Assembly: GCF_009914755.1 (NCBI RefSeq)
Contig: NC_060947.1
Length of the DNA stretch: 64,000 bases
Reading direction: 5' to 3' (one strand)
From: the human T2T-CHM13v2.0 reference genome, Homo sapiens
The position numbers were made by a program, and so were the translations under genes. The notes below the pieces were generated by a model that had not been told where the DNA came from, did no database searches, and saw nothing but the letters and a program-made list of their open reading frames with translations. Shown piece by piece: positions 1-14,103 of the stretch (positions within the stretch are counted from its first letter, which is position 1; every line of letters begins with the position of its first letter).

Positions 1-1510
1 CAATAATTAAACCTCCAAATATCAATGATAAGAAAAGGATCCTAAAAACAGCAAGAGAAAAGAAGCAAATAGCATACTATGAAGTTCCAATATGTCTGAT
101 AGCAGAGTTTTCACTCAAAAACATATAGGCAAGGAGAAAGTGCCATCACATACTTAAAGTGCAGAAGAAAAAATAAATTATTTACTGTAGGAAAGTGTAT
201 GTGGCAAAATAGCTTTGTGGGCCTTGGGTGAGACCTAGTGATAGGCTGGCATCAGGACTGAGGAGCAGACGAAAAGTGAAGAGGTCTTTACTTTTAACAT
301 AAGACACTTTATGCTTTATGATTTAGTGTTTAACATAAAACACTTTGTTTCTTCAAATATAAAAGAGAAATGAAGAATTTTTCAGGCAAACAAAGGCTAA
401 GAGATTTAATCATTTCCAGACTGGTCCTACAAGAAACGCTAAGGGAGGACTTCAGTGAGAAAAACAAACAAACAAACAAACAAACCAAAAAAAAAAAACC
501 CAGAATATTAATGAGCAATAAGCAATCGCCTGAAGGTACACAACTCACTTTTAATAGTAAGTACAGAGAAAAACACAAAATATTATGACATTGTAACTGC
601 TGTGTCTAAACTATTCTTATCCTAAGTAGAAAGACTAAATGATAAACCAATCAAGAACAATAACTGCAACAACTTTTCTTTTCTTTTCTTTCCTTTTATT
701 TATTTATTTATTTTTTTTGAGAGGGAGTCTTGCTCTGTCACCAGGGCTGGAGTGCAATGGCACAAACTAGGCTCACGGCAACCTCTGCCTCCCCTGTTCA
801 CATTATTTTCCTGCCTGATCCTCCCGAGTACCTGGGATTACAGGTGCACACCACTATGTCCAGTTAATTTTTTTCTTTTTTGTGTGTATTTTTTTAGTAG
901 AGACGGGATTTCACTGTGTTGGCCAGACTGGTCTCAAACTCCTTCCTGATCTCCTGATCCACACGCCTCAGCCCTCAAAGTGTTGGGATTACAGACCTAA
1001 GGCACCGAACTGGGCCAACAACTTTTCAATACATAGATAGTATAATAAGATATAAATAGAAACAGCACAGAGTTAAAAATAATGGAGACAAAGTTAAGTC
1101 ATAAAGTCTTCATTAGTTTTCTTTTTGCTTGCTTTTTATGTACACAGTGTGTTAACTTGCTATCAGCTTAAAATAATGGGTTATAAGATAGAATTTGTAA
1201 GCCTTATGGTAAGCTCAAACCAAAATATATAACAGACACACAAAAAATCTAAAGAAAGAGATTAAATCATATGACCAGTGAAAATTACCTCTACTAAAAG
1301 AAATACAGGAGGAAAAGAAAGAAGGGAGAAAAGACAACAAATCATCGAGAGAAAAGAAGTAAAACAATTGCAGGAGTAGGTCCTTACTTATAAATAATAA
1401 CGATGAATATAAATGGAATAAACTGTCCAATTTAAAAAAACATAGACTAGTGGAGTAGATGAAAAAAATAAGACCAATTGAACTGTGGCCTATAAAGATA
1501 CACATACACA
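1..1510 (+). mobile_element. Old L1 (L1MA/L1PB-like) fragment: ORF1 3' part, spacer and ORF2 start; split by an Alu
   Basis: L1 ORF1-like sequence (aaggatcctaaaaacagcaagagaaaagaagcaaat; tccagactggtcctacaagaaacgct) and an ORF2-start-like motif near 1370-1500 (caggagtaggtccttacttat...aatggaataaactgtccaa); frames are disrupted. Confidence 0.8.
679..1016 (-). mobile_element. Alu (AluS-like)
   Basis: Antisense Alu body with T-rich tail; 11-bp TSD aacaacttttc at 668-678 and 1017-1027. Confidence 0.95.
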
Positions 1511-1550
1511 GAAAAAATTATATGTAGATTAAGAAGAAAAATGGCAGATA

Positions 1551-1905
1551 GGAGCCCCTTCATTTTGGCCAATTTCTCCCATTTGGAATGGTTGTATTTA
1601 CCCAATGTCTGTACTCCCATTGTATCTAGGAAGTAACTAACTTGCTTTTGATTTTACAGGCCCATAAGCAAAAGGGACTTTCCTTGTCTCAGTTAAGACT
1701 TTGGACTGTGGACGTTTGAGTTAATGCTGAAATAAGTTAAGACTTTGGGTTCTGTTGGGAAGGCACGATTGGTTTTTAAATGTGAAAACACGAGATTTGG
1801 GAGGGGCAGAAGTGGAAATGAGTTGAGACTTTGGGGGACTGTTGGGAAGGCATGATTGCTTTTTAAATGTGAAGGTATGAGATTTGGGAGGGGCCAGGGG
1901 CAGAA
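1551..1905 (+). mobile_element. THE1 internal region, 3' end only
   Basis: Closely matches the 3' internal part of the full THE1 at ~19590-19858 (ttttggccaattt...tgtatctaggaagtaactaacttgcttttg). Confidence 0.9.
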
Positions 1906-2271
1906 TGATATGATTTGGCTCAGTGTCCCCACCCAAATCTCATCTTGCAGCTTTCCTAATTCCCACATGTTGTGGAGAGACCCAGTGGGAGATGACTGAA
2001 TCACGGGGGCGAGTTATTCCTGTGCTGTTCTCATGATAGTGAATAGGTCTCACGAGATCCAATGATTTTAAAAACGGGAGTTTCTCTGCACAAGCCCTCT
2101 CTTTGCCTGCTGCCATCCACGTAAGATGTGACTTGCTCCTCCTTGCCTTCTGCCATGATTGTGAGTCCTCCCCAGCCACGTAGAACTGTGAGTTCAATTA
2201 AACCTCTTTCTTTTGTAAATTGCCCAGTCTTGAGTATGTCTTGATCGGCAGCATGAAAACGGACGAATACA
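1906..2271 (+). mobile_element. THE1 3' LTR (ERVL-MaLR)
   Basis: Starts tgatatgatttggctcagtgtccccacccaaatctcatc and ends gcagcatgaaaacggacgaataca. Confidence 0.93.
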
Positions 2272-3050
2272 CTAATTATCAGGGAAACGCAAATCAAAAC
2301 CACAATGTGATGCCACCTTATTCCTGCAAGAATGTGCCATAATTAAAATATCCAAAAATAATAGATGTTGTCATGGATGCGATGAAAAGGGAACACTTTT
2401 ACACTTCTGGCGGGAACATAAACTAGTATAACCACTATGGAAAAGTGTGGAGATTCGTTAAAGAACTGACAGTAGACCCACCATTTGATCCAGCAATCCC
2501 ACTTCTGGAATATCTACACAGAGGAAAAAAAGTCATTACATGAAAAAAACACTTGCTCACACATGTTTATAGCAGCACAATTTGCAGTTGCAAGAATATG
2601 GAACCAGACCAAATGCCCATCAATCAACGAGTCTGTAAAGAAAATGTGGTATAGATATACCATGGAATACTATTTAGCCATAAAAAGGAATGAAATAATG
2701 GCATTCACCAACCTAGATGGAACTAGAGACCATTATTCCAAGTGAAGTAACTCAGGAAAGGAAATTCAGACATCATATATTCTCACTTATAAGTGGAACC
2801 TAAACTATGCAGACACAAAGGTGTAAGAATGATACAATGGACTTTGGGGACTCAAGGGGAAGGGTGGGAAGGAGGTGAGGGACAAAAGACTACACATTGC
2901 TTATGGTTTACACTGTTCAGGTGATGGATGCACCAAAATCTCAGCAATCACCACTAAAAAATGTATCCGTGTAAACAAACACCACCTGTTCCCCAGAATA
3001 TAATTGAAATTTTAAAAATAGTAATACAAATAAAATGAAATAAAAAAGAA
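2272..3050 (+). mobile_element. L1PB-like 3' end (ORF2 C-terminus, 3' UTR, A-rich tail)
   Basis: ORF2 C-terminal peptide MFIAAQFAVARIWNQTKCPSINE; L1PB-type 3' UTR ggtgatggatgcaccaaaatctcagcaatcaccactaa. Confidence 0.88.
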
Positions 3051-4094
3051 CAACTTATGTTTTTCTGATATGTTTTGTATGCCTACCAAAGCTGTTATTA
3101 TTATGTTTCTGAAAAGTGGTATTACTTACTTCACCTAAGAGCACTTTTAAAATAGTAATTTAAATTACTTTTTAAAATAAATATAAATTAAACATAAATT
3201 AAAAGAGTAATTTTAAAATTAGGGACAGTTCACAAATAATGAGAGAAGAATACAAATTTATTTAGAGCAAATGAAAATCTACACATACATAGAGATTACA
3301 CAATCTGCAAAATCTGATCCCCAATTTTAGAATTTCCCAGTGCCACTAGTCTTTATTTCTTGTTTAAATGTTTTAAGGATTTCAGAGGAAAGAAGCACAC
3401 AATTTTCTTTCAAAATATGATCATTGAGGCTACTTGAATATTATGACTTAGCAGTGATTTCATACCTCTGTCCCTATTTGAAAGTAATGCTTCAACTTTG
3501 TCCAGGGTTAAGTATTTGGAGTATAACAGCCATGTAGGATTTATGATGTGTTCATTAACAACAAATACTGAATGATAATTCAGAACATGCACAACCATAA
3601 GCAAACTTTAAAAACACTCGTTCTTTTAAAATAATGTTTCTCAGACCCAACTATGCATCAAAATCACTCAGACAACTTTAAAAATTACATATTACTAGGC
3701 ATTACTCCACACCTAGTGAAATTAGAGGCCGTAGAGATGAAGCTTCAAACATCTATTCTAATAATACCTCTTGTTGATTTCAATGTCATTCATGGACTGG
3801 TGTTGTGGAACTACTGTTATAGAGAAGTTATTCAAAATTGGGTTATTTTTCAATATAATATTTTCATAATCTTTTACTGAAAATTAAAACTCACTATAGA
3901 TGTCATTTTTCTCTCTTAGAATAAAATTCTATATCTTAAAATTAAAATGATAATTAGAGGACATCTAATACCATGTCTGCCCCAATGTAGCAATAATCCC
4001 TTTCATAGTATCCCTAATCTTCCAGCACCTGCTTGCAAAATTTTAGCATTGATTGGGGGAGTGTGCCATGGGTTATCATACAAAAATTAATATT

Positions 4095-5270
4095 TTAATA
4101 ACAGCATTTCTGAGATATAACTTACATACCATAAAATTTTCTCCTTTAAAATTATACAATTCAGTGGTGTTTAGTGTATTCACAGAGCTGTGGAAATATC
4201 ACAACTATGTAATCTTGGAACATTTTAATCATCTTCCAAAAGAAACCCATTAACAGTCACTTTCCTTCTCCCTACTTGCCCTAGACCTAAATAATCATTA
4301 ATTTAATTTTGTCTCTATAAATCTGCACATTAAAAATATTTCATATTAATGGAATTATACGATATGTAGCTTTTAAGCATGTCTTCTTTCATTTAGAGTA
4401 TTTTAATGGTTCAATACATTTTGTACCATGTGCCAGTTCTCCATTCTATTTTATAGCCCAATGATATTCCATTGTATGATTCTAACAAATTTTCTTTAGC
4501 CATTTATCAGTTGATGGATATGTGGGTTATTTCTGCTTTTTGATTATTATCAGTAATGCTGCCATGAACATTTGTTTACGTTTTGTATGACATATGGTTT
4601 TTCAATTCTCCTGGGCACGTATCTACAAACGGACTTTTTGTGCCATCTGGTAACTCTATGGTTAACTTTTTGAGAAATGTCCAGACTTTTTGTTAAAGTA
4701 GTTGTACCATTTTACAATCTCACCAACATTTTATGAGTGTTTTAATTTCTCAACATCTCTGCCTATACTTGTCTGTCTTTTCTATTTTAGACACCCTGGT
4801 GAGTGTGCGGTAGTTTCTTGTAGTTTTAATTCCATTTTGTGATAGAAAATGATGTTGAACTTTATATTCATGTGATTACTGGCTATTTGTATACCTCCTT
4901 AGTGAAATGTCTATTCAAATATTTTTCCCATTTTAAAATTGGGTAATTAATCTTTTTATTGTTGAGTTATAAAAGTTATTCATGTATTCTGATACAAGTC
5001 TGAGACGTGATTTTCAAATATTTTCTCCTGTTTTGTGTGTCTTTTCATGCTTTTGATAGTATTGTTTGCCCATAAAACAGTTTCAATTTTGATGATGTTC
5101 AATGTATCTAATTTTTTATTTTGTTGCTTCTATTTGGGGTGCTACATTTAAGAAATTATTGTCTGTACCAAAGTCACAATGTTTTACTCTTATGTTGTCC
5201 CATGAGATTTCTAGTTTCAGCACTTATTTTTAGGTTTATGATCACTTTTGAGTCGATTTGTGTATGCTGT
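4095..5270 (-). mobile_element. Old L1 (L1MB-like) 3' end
   Basis: Antisense L1M 3' motifs: tgagatataacttacataccataaaattt, tcagttgatggatatgtgggttatttc, gtgaaatgtctattcaaat. Confidence 0.8.
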
Positions 5271-5989
5271 GCAACAATTATTTTTATAAAATGCTTCCTT
5301 ACATTGAACCCATATCTAGTTGTGGTAGCTATTCCCTTTGATCTTCGTATTTTCCTCTGAAATAGGAGGATATTAATTTATTCTGTCATCTACATAAGGA
5401 TCATTAAATATTTGAATTCAACTCTCACGACTCCTATTACTCCTTCAAAGCCTATATCTTTACAAGATTAAAGTTTCTGGCTGCATCAATTATTTTTTGA
5501 TGTTGGCCCCTTCTATCTATCAGTAGAGACTAAAATGTCACTAACTTGTTTGGCACGAACATAACACTATTGACTCAGTCAACTAAATCTAGGTTGTTAA
5601 CAATGTATAATAAGATATTATATAAAATTTAATAACTTTTTTAGAGAAAGTAAAGAAACCTAGAAAATTCTTTCATTTCCACATTTTAAATGTTTTCCAT
5701 GTCTCTTGCAGTCCTTATTTCTCTGTACACACATTTTACACAGTTTAATCAGTGTACATTCTGTTTCACATTCTGTTACCACACTAGTTAGAACATTATT
5801 ATATCATACTTGGTATACTGTAATATTCTCTTAGCTATTTCATCTCCTTGCCCTCTGAAATTGGCCCAGCAAACTATTACCAGCTTACTATTTCCTAAAC
5901 ACTATTTTATATACATAAGTTCCCTGCTAGAAAGTATTTAGTGGCTCTCAATGCCCCTCAAAAAATTTTCAGGCATGCAATTATCAGAC

Positions 5990-6145
5990 AAATCTATAAT
6001 CAAACCTCAGCTCCTCTACTATAAGCTGTGTGATTTGGGACAAATAATTCGTTCTTACCAAGCCCCAGTTTTTTCTCAACTGTCAAATGGGTATCCTAAA
6101 TCATACCTTGCAAAGTTATTATAGAAAGTAGTAAGACAATGCACA
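5990..6145 (+). mobile_element. MIR fragment
   Basis: MIR core: agctgtgtgatttgggacaa...ccccagttttttctcaactgtcaaatggg. Confidence 0.6.
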
Positions 6146-6643
6146 AATGAAGGATAACAAGAGGAGCCATTGCTCTATAATTTATCTTGAAGCTTGCAAA
6201 TATATGCCATGAGTGCCCCATGATCACAATCCAGAACCCATTAAAACGTCTATTAATTACTTGCAGCACTCTTTCCCACACGGGCCTAAATATGGCTTCT
6301 CCAGATAGCATCTACATACTTATAGCATTAAGCATGCAAGATATTATTTGCCTTTCCAGATTTGTCCTAACCAATACCTCCTAACTTTCCTCCCAATCTT
6401 CCCATGGAGAGATGTTCTAATGAAATGAATCTACCTGTTGTCCTATGGAATGTCTCACATCTTCCCATTCCCATGACTTTCCTCAAACAACTTTCTTTAC
6501 CTAAACTATTTATTCACTCCTTTTTGTATTCATCAAAATTTCACCCATCTGTCAGGATATAAATAAAGTCTTTGCCTCCTCCATGTATGTTTTCTAATCA
6601 CTATTAGATTGTAATTGATCTCCTTCTGTTGAAATTTCACTAA

Positions 6644-7026
<383 letters not shown>

Positions 7027-7369
7027 TAAAAAATGGTGAAGGCCATACAGATCTAACACATTCATTTATGAAAAACCTGGGTTTCTGAATTAAAGGAAGA
7101 GAAAAAATGAGTGAAGTTTACCAATCAGAAATGGTAAAAGGACAAAGGCCAACTTGGTAACTCAGTGGGTCTCAGCCTTCTTGAATCTCAACACATCTGA
7201 GGGATTTAAATCTCACCAATAAAAAATGGTGAGTAATCATCTCCCTTGGCATTGATTCTCATAATGATTACAATGGTGGTGATGGAAGTAGAGTACCCGA
7301 AAGTGGTATGTGATTTGATAAAGCCCCAATAAGTGATGCTGATAATGTTTCCTGTCATCCCTGGGATTT

Positions 7370-7560
7370 GATTTTACCCTATTCACTAGCTACTGAGTTC
7401 ACATGTAACTGTTTCAAAGATGCTGGCAGAACACATAAAATTCCTGGGACAGGGAGAGCAGACTTTATTTCCCATGGCACAGGAAGCAGCTTGAACATCA
7501 ACATTTTTGTGTAGGTCTCCCTTGTCCACAGTTTCCACAGGGGCAATGTGGTATGTCCGA
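7370..7560 (-). mobile_element. Possible ERVL LTR fragment (MER54/MER74-like)
   Basis: gatgctggcagaacacataaaattcctgggacagggagagcagactttatt resembles a motif I recall from this LTR group. Confidence 0.35.
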
Positions 7561-8435
7561 AAAGGATACAGACAAGGGAGTTTGCATCACAGTTGGAAAC
7601 AGTACTTGGAAAATCCACTACATTTGTTTCAAGTAGTGAACAATCAAACTCTGTCTGGTTTGTGGAGAAGATATTACCTTATTCCTCAAGATTGTTTGTA
7701 GTAAATTCAACTTTGAAAAATGGTACAGTAAAGAGCATTTAGGGCCTGTCATTCTTGGTAACTCAGCAAGATGTATAGGAACATAAGGAGTCCAAGAAGA
7801 ATTGGCTCTTGCAACAGCCTTTCGGCACTTTCTGTCACTGTTCTAAAGTTACTCTTTTGCCTATGGCCTAAAATCATCATGCTACTAAACCCGTAGAAAC
7901 CAGGGTATGATGAAGTGATTTGTAGACCATCTTAATACTTTAGGATGCATCTAGGTTTTTCACTGGGGTCTCTAAAATGTGAGTTAATAAAAAAGGGTTG
8001 ACCCTATAATGTCTTCCCTGAGAAGAGACCTATCAGTCATGCATGTTTCTGTTAAATTTCCGAAGGTAGCTCCTGGAAATAGTAGCCATCTTTGGCATCA
8101 TTAGGGCTCAAAATGAATCACCCTGAGGAATACCTGCATTCTTATAAATTAGTCACTTTTAATTATCTCTACCATTTGCCATTTTATTTTGAATTATTTT
8201 GTAGATTTTAATGTTAACTTGTTATGACATCATTAAACCTATATATGCTGCATCTATCAGATATCAATGTTTATTAGGCTAAATCTGACATATAAGGCTG
8301 TCAAAAATCTAACAGAATTTAAGTCTATAATTATTATATTTTTAGTGGCCATTAAGTATAAAATACTATGAATAATGAATTACAAGCTTGACTTGTATAC
8401 GTGGCTACAGTACTTTTGCAACTAAGGATACTCAC

Positions 8436-8477
8436 ACAGGAAGTTTCAATAACAGTGTTCTGGTGTTCTGCTGGACA
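8436..8477 (-). pseudogene. Candidate exon of decayed minus-strand gene
   Basis: ttttctcag| 42 nt |gtgagt; open in two frames (VQQNTRTLLLKLP or CPAEHQNTVIETSC). Confidence 0.35.
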
Positions 8478-11229
8478 CTGAGAAAAGTTACTGCAGTGAG
8501 TTAGATTGGAAGTATATCCCCCAAAAATACTTTACAAATGTAAGGAGAGTATAGATGTGTCACTAATTCACCAAAGAAAAACACAATATGACATAGTCAG
8601 TAATCACTTTCTTACCAGTGCCTTATTATTAAAAAATATAGTCAGTGATGGTCAAATTGATAACAAATAGCTGATATTGCTTTTTATTATTTATTTGCAT
8701 GACCAACTGTTTGCATAAGCATATTGCAAATAAAACATTCCATCTAAATGCTAAATAACTATAATACACAATGAGTATCTTTGAAATTCATGCCTTTTGT
8801 TTGCTAGCATTTGAAACTTTGTTGAAATATTTTGACCTAGTTCAGTCCTGATATGAAGTTAGTTTTATTTTCCAGCTCAGAAATTCACTCACAGTGTATA
8901 CAGGCTAAAAATTTCATGAATATAAATTTAAGAAGGAATGTTCATAATTTTGTGATGATGTATTTTAATCGGAATTTTATCTGTTTTTTCTCAATTTAAT
9001 ATTTTTTCTCAATTTCACTTACTGCATGCATTATATAAAATGTTATCTATTAAAGACATCAAGACTGACCTAAAAAAATTGACAACCTTTAACTGTAAAA
9101 TGCATACAATTTAAAACTTCTTTGAGAGGGAACTCATATTTTTAAAAATCTGAAAATGCATGTTGTTTTCACTTGGCTTAATGCTTAAAACAGTGTCTGA
9201 ATTTGAACTGTTAATTATTCAATAAAGTGGGTAAATTTAGCCAAGTTTGTCAAATTGTTTTTATTGGAAGTAAGTGAAAAATAAATAATAAAATTGGTTA
9301 AATTATTACAACAGTTGTAAATATTAAGAAGCTGTATATGAAAGCAGAAAAATGGACATTTAATGCCACTGCTTAAAAGCAACATTTATATTTCTATAAT
9401 AAATTTAGAAAAGTTAAAATGTGTCATGCCTGAATGAGTTTTTAATAGATAAAATATTTTTCCTTAACAAGAGAGACAGTAAAATATTCAGAGTAAGTGC
9501 ATGCTATTAAAATGCAGAGACTATAAGGACATCAAGAAAAACCAAATATAAGGTCAAAATTGAGAAATAATCTACAAGATTAGAGATTACAAGCATTTAA
9601 ATCTGTTGACCTAGAGAAGCATCGAAAGATAATACAGTCTTTAATTATGGTAGTGGAAGCAGAACAAAAAATGTTATTATTTATTTTCTCTCATGGCAGA
9701 CTAGGAAGAAAAGTGTCTCCTTGTTGGAAGTTTAAGCTAGAGATAAAGAAAAAGTATCTGATTGTAATGCCTATTGACGTTGAAACAAGATAACAGTGTG
9801 CTAGCCAAATATTTGATATTGACCTTAACATTTGGGAATATAGATAGACTTTTATAAAGTTCAGCAATGTACTGTGTTCCTGTAACTACCCTTTTTTCCC
9901 CTGTACTTCTAGTTTATGTGAAAACCAGAAACAAACAGAAAATCATACCAGAAGACAGCACTGTACGTCAGAAGATAGGAGAGAAATGCACTACCTCAAT
10001 TTTCACTCTTTTAGGGTCTACTTTCCCTCTTCTCCCTGATTCTAAAGATGGCATTTACAGCAGAACTATAAAATGTTTTAAATTTATTGCTCCCCAAAGT
10101 ATTACACTGGCAGTATTTCAGTACAGAATGAGAGAAGGGTTAGAAAAAGATACTGTGTATTAAATAAACAAATTCTTTTCTAACACTGAGATTTATACTG
10201 AATGCTGCAAAGATTAACATACATATGGAGAAATTAAGGGAGAATCTTAATTTTATCTAATTAAACTTTTTATTTTCCTTGGAAAGTTGGATTATGTTGA
10301 ATATTATTGGTTTTTGATATAATGTGCACAAATATATGTATATATAAATCTAACAGAATTAAATTTTATAAAATAGTAGAAAACTCTATTATAAGATGAG
10401 TGTCAGTCATTAATTTGAAGGGTGGCATTGGAGGGTGGCATTAGAGTGAGGTTCCAAATGTAATTATATTTTTCATATGGTTGGTCTAGGAATTTTCTGT
10501 GTAACTGCTTCTTCAAAGTAAGTTTTTTTGCACATTCAAATTCCATGAGTCAAAACTAGACTTTTAGTCTTACATAAAGCCTAGATACTTCCTGGCACCA
10601 CATTTATGATCTCCTGTAAACCTGGGGTTAGTAAAGGAAATAAGACAATTTGTAAAAAATGAAATAATCAGCAGTTTTTGATGTCATCCTGACTACAGTA
10701 CTCTGGTGAAGGGTCATTGGAAACATTAAGCATTTGACAAGATATTTAAAGAGCCAGGGGAAAAAATAATTTTAAACCTATGAATGACATTTTAGACAAA
10801 GATTTACTACCATCGGATATATGTTGGGGAACTAGCCTTTGATGGCCTGTTCCCTGAAATAACAAAGCTGGTTACAAAAGAACAATGGGAGTACAGGGAA
10901 TTGTTGATAGTGGAAACAAAACAGTATCATGAGAATTTTCCAGTCTATGGTGTAATGTTATCTAATGATAGTCTTTCTCACCATTCTTTCAATGAACTAA
11001 CACTTCTGTGGGAAGGCTTGAGGTAGTTAAGGCATATGCTGAAATAATGAGGATTAGTTTTATTTGATAATATAACTGTTTGATGACAGAACTTTTTTTT
11101 TTTACAATTAGAGCTATGTGACTCTATAATAAATTAAAATGAATTCAAATGTTCTGGCTCAGGCTTCTTAGACAACTTGTGTGAATTTTCATCTAAAATA
11201 AATGCAGACAACAGATGACCAAATGTTAA

Positions 11230-11355
11230 TTAATTTATTGATTCAAGAACACGTATATTGAGTGCCTGCTATATACCAGACACTATGCTACAGATGGGTA
11301 CACAGTAATTGAAAAAATGACATATTGTCTGTCCTCAAATAATTTATAGTTTAGT
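11230..11355 (-). mobile_element. L2 3' end fragment
   Basis: attgattcaagaacacgtatattgagtgcctgctatataccagacactatgct. Confidence 0.65.
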
Positions 11356-11399
11356 CTAATTTATATAAATTCTTACATGGTCCTAAGAAATTTAACAGG

Positions 11400-11968
11400 T
11401 GTTCAGTGATGTAGACTGGTAACTGGAGAATGGAATATCAGGTTCCTCCTCAGACACCACCCGGCCAGGAATTGAATTGCTGCCTTTTACTTCTGCCGTG
11501 TCATGGGAGATTAGCTCACTCTAATTTGTCCTGCTGATACCATCTTTCAGAGAAATAAAAGCACTGCCTGTATTCTGTGGAGGGGGGAAGAGTAAGGAGA
11601 ATGGGGGAGATAGAGCAGGTAATGCCAAAAAGGATTTCTGTTGTTAGACCACCCTTTCTGCTTGTTTCTTTGTTTTGCTTTGTTAGGGAGTACAGGCTTC
11701 TTTTTGGTCTTTTTTGTTTGTTTGTGTTTGTTGGTGGTTCCAGGTTGCAGGTCTTTGCAGTGTTCTGTGTGGGATATATGAAAAGCAATAAGAAAATCAG
11801 GGAACTCACTCTCACCACCATATTATTCATCAACACAGATGTCCCTGGTTTCTTTGCCTTGTTTCTTAATATTTCTATGCTCGTTTGCTGTTTTGTATTC
11901 AGAGGCTTTTAGCTGTAAAGAGTAGAGGAAAGAATGGAACTACTCCATCTTGTTGGAAACAGAAGTCT
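11400..11968 (-). mobile_element. Ancient L1M 5'-end fragment
   Basis: Ends tactccatcttgttggaaacagaagtc (antisense of an L1M 5' terminus, gacttc...caagatggagta); ggttccaggttgcaggt motif. Confidence 0.55.
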
Positions 11969-12692
11969 TGATACATGTTTTTAAGAAAAACTAATATAAC
12001 TCCTGTCTAGAATTACAGAAATATTTTTGAGTCACTATATACAACTAGGACACTTGATAGATAAGGATCTAAGAATTTTTTTAGTATTTTGGATTTAGCA
12101 GCTGAGGAAACCATTTTATTTTGACTAAATTTTCCCATAGCAAATTAAAACAACCCATATTGGGGTTTGAATTTTTAAAACTCAAATTAAATGTTTTAAT
12201 TTATTTTCTTTGTAAACAACAGCATTTGCCCTAACATTATATATACATCAAGAACAAAAGGCAAAAGAGTAAGTTTTCTTCAAAAGCATGTTTATTTTTT
12301 CTCCATCCTACTCTGTATCTTATTTCTATTGCCCCTAGAAGAGCAATAAACTTTCATAGATGACATAACAAACCCCAGCCCTTCTCAAGAGCTCATGGCA
12401 CATAAGGACAATTGTAGGGCTACCATATACAACATTCTAAGGTGGAAGAAGTTCATTGAATGGCTCTGTGAAAATGCCGTATCTTGAAGTGGTGTGCTTG
12501 AAATTTCTATAACTTCAATTTGATGTAGTTTGATACATGAAGCAATAGCTTGGAGCTTTGTCTATCAATTCAAGCCCAGGGTTAGAGTTATTTTCTCTTC
12601 CATCTATCTATGTATCTTCCTCACCCATCTTCTCTGTTTTCTGGACTCTCCACCTTGACAGTTTTCTTTGAAACAAATGTTCCATATCTGTG

Positions 12693-12694
<2 letters not shown>

Positions 12695-12728
<34 letters not shown>
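12695..12728. repeat. (TG)17 microsatellite
   Basis: Direct reading. Confidence 0.97.
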
Positions 12729-12731
<3 letters not shown>

Positions 12732-13493
12732 ATATACAGAAACCTAACATTTTTTATTATCTATTTTATAATTTATTAAGATTTTTGCTAATATCTTTAT
12801 CATATTAGGCAGTATGCAGATCCTAACTTATATTTATCTATGTTTTAACTAATACAAATATACTTGCATTTTATTACTTTGATCTGCAAAAATCTAGTGT
12901 CATAAATAATATTTTTACAGCTCTTCTGAACCAGAAATGGAGGCAGACAGTATTATGAATAAAAAGCCTTTTCCCTTAACTCCTCCCTACCATGCACTTT
13001 GATGTCAATTACATTACAGGCATTTAACTAATGAAAACAAATATGCCTTAGTCTATTTATTTCTAATGTAAAAACAAATATAAAAACATAATAGATCTAC
13101 AATTAATTTTATTCCATGTCATGATGATTTAATTCATGTCACCACTAAAAAAAATTCCTGTTAGAATAAATTTGTGAGTATAGGGTAGTAAAATAGAAAA
13201 ATACATTTTCACATATGATTTGAGATTAGTGTTAGCACATCTGCTTTTTGTACAATTTTAATAAAATCAAATAGAAATTTCTTGTGCGTCCACATGGTGC
13301 AAATTACGTTTTGTCCAAGATTGCAAGCTAATCATTGGCCTAGTGGGATGTCAGACTCCAAGTTTTCTAACTGTAAATACTTCATGCTTATGTTTGAGTC
13401 ATATAGGTCGTGGATATGCACTACAATTGGGTTATTTCTTGTATAAACATGATCCCTTTTACTTTGCTATTTCCAGTTTTTATTTAGCATTCA

Positions 13494-13543
13494 TCACACA
13501 CACACACACATTCAATCACACACACACACACACACACACACAG
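13494..13543. repeat. Interrupted (CA)n microsatellite
   Basis: Direct reading. Confidence 0.92.
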
Positions 13544-13619
13544 AGATATAGATTTAGATATGTACATACACAATCACATCAAGGCTTCTATTACTTTTTG
13601 CCACCATTGATTAGTACAT

Positions 13620-13763
13620 GGCAACATATTTTTCCCAAGGTGCAAGGCAACTTCTGATCCTTTTCTAATCTTGGAAATCCCCTTTCAGAATGATTCTCAG
13701 TATTGCATTTCCTTAGAACCCTGTTTACTTGACGGATAATGGGTTGATCCCACAGATCATTCT
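13620..13763 (-). pseudogene. Candidate exon of decayed minus-strand gene
   Basis: gtgtttacag| acceptor followed by open frame NDLWDQPIIRQVNRVLRKCNTENHSERGFPRLEKDQKLPCTLGKICC; 3' boundary uncertain. Confidence 0.35.
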
Positions 13764-14039
13764 CTGTAAACACATTAGGCAACTGATAGCTTACTTCTCC
13801 CAAGCAACCCAATGCGTTAATTTCAAAGATGATAATGCATTCATGTCTAGAGGGTCCTTAAGGAATAAGACTAATTAGTGAGAAATTCAAATATTGTATC
13901 AAGATGCCCAGAAGAAGAATGTTTTTTAGTGGCTGATCTTTTATTACCACTCAAATTATACCTATTTCACCTGAAATAGGTGTCCCTAAAATCATGACTA
14001 AAAATTAATTGGGAAATAATATGCCAGATCAAAGCTTAC

Positions 14040-14103
14040 ATTTCTGAGCAGTGTGAAGATCTTTTCTTGTTGTGCTGCTGAAAATCCACTTGGTATAGGA
14101 TGA
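14040..14103 (-). pseudogene. Candidate exon of decayed minus-strand gene
   Basis: ttttttacttctgacaaag| 64 nt |gtaagc; all three frames open (e.g. HPIPSGFSAAQQEKIFTLLRN). Confidence 0.45.
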
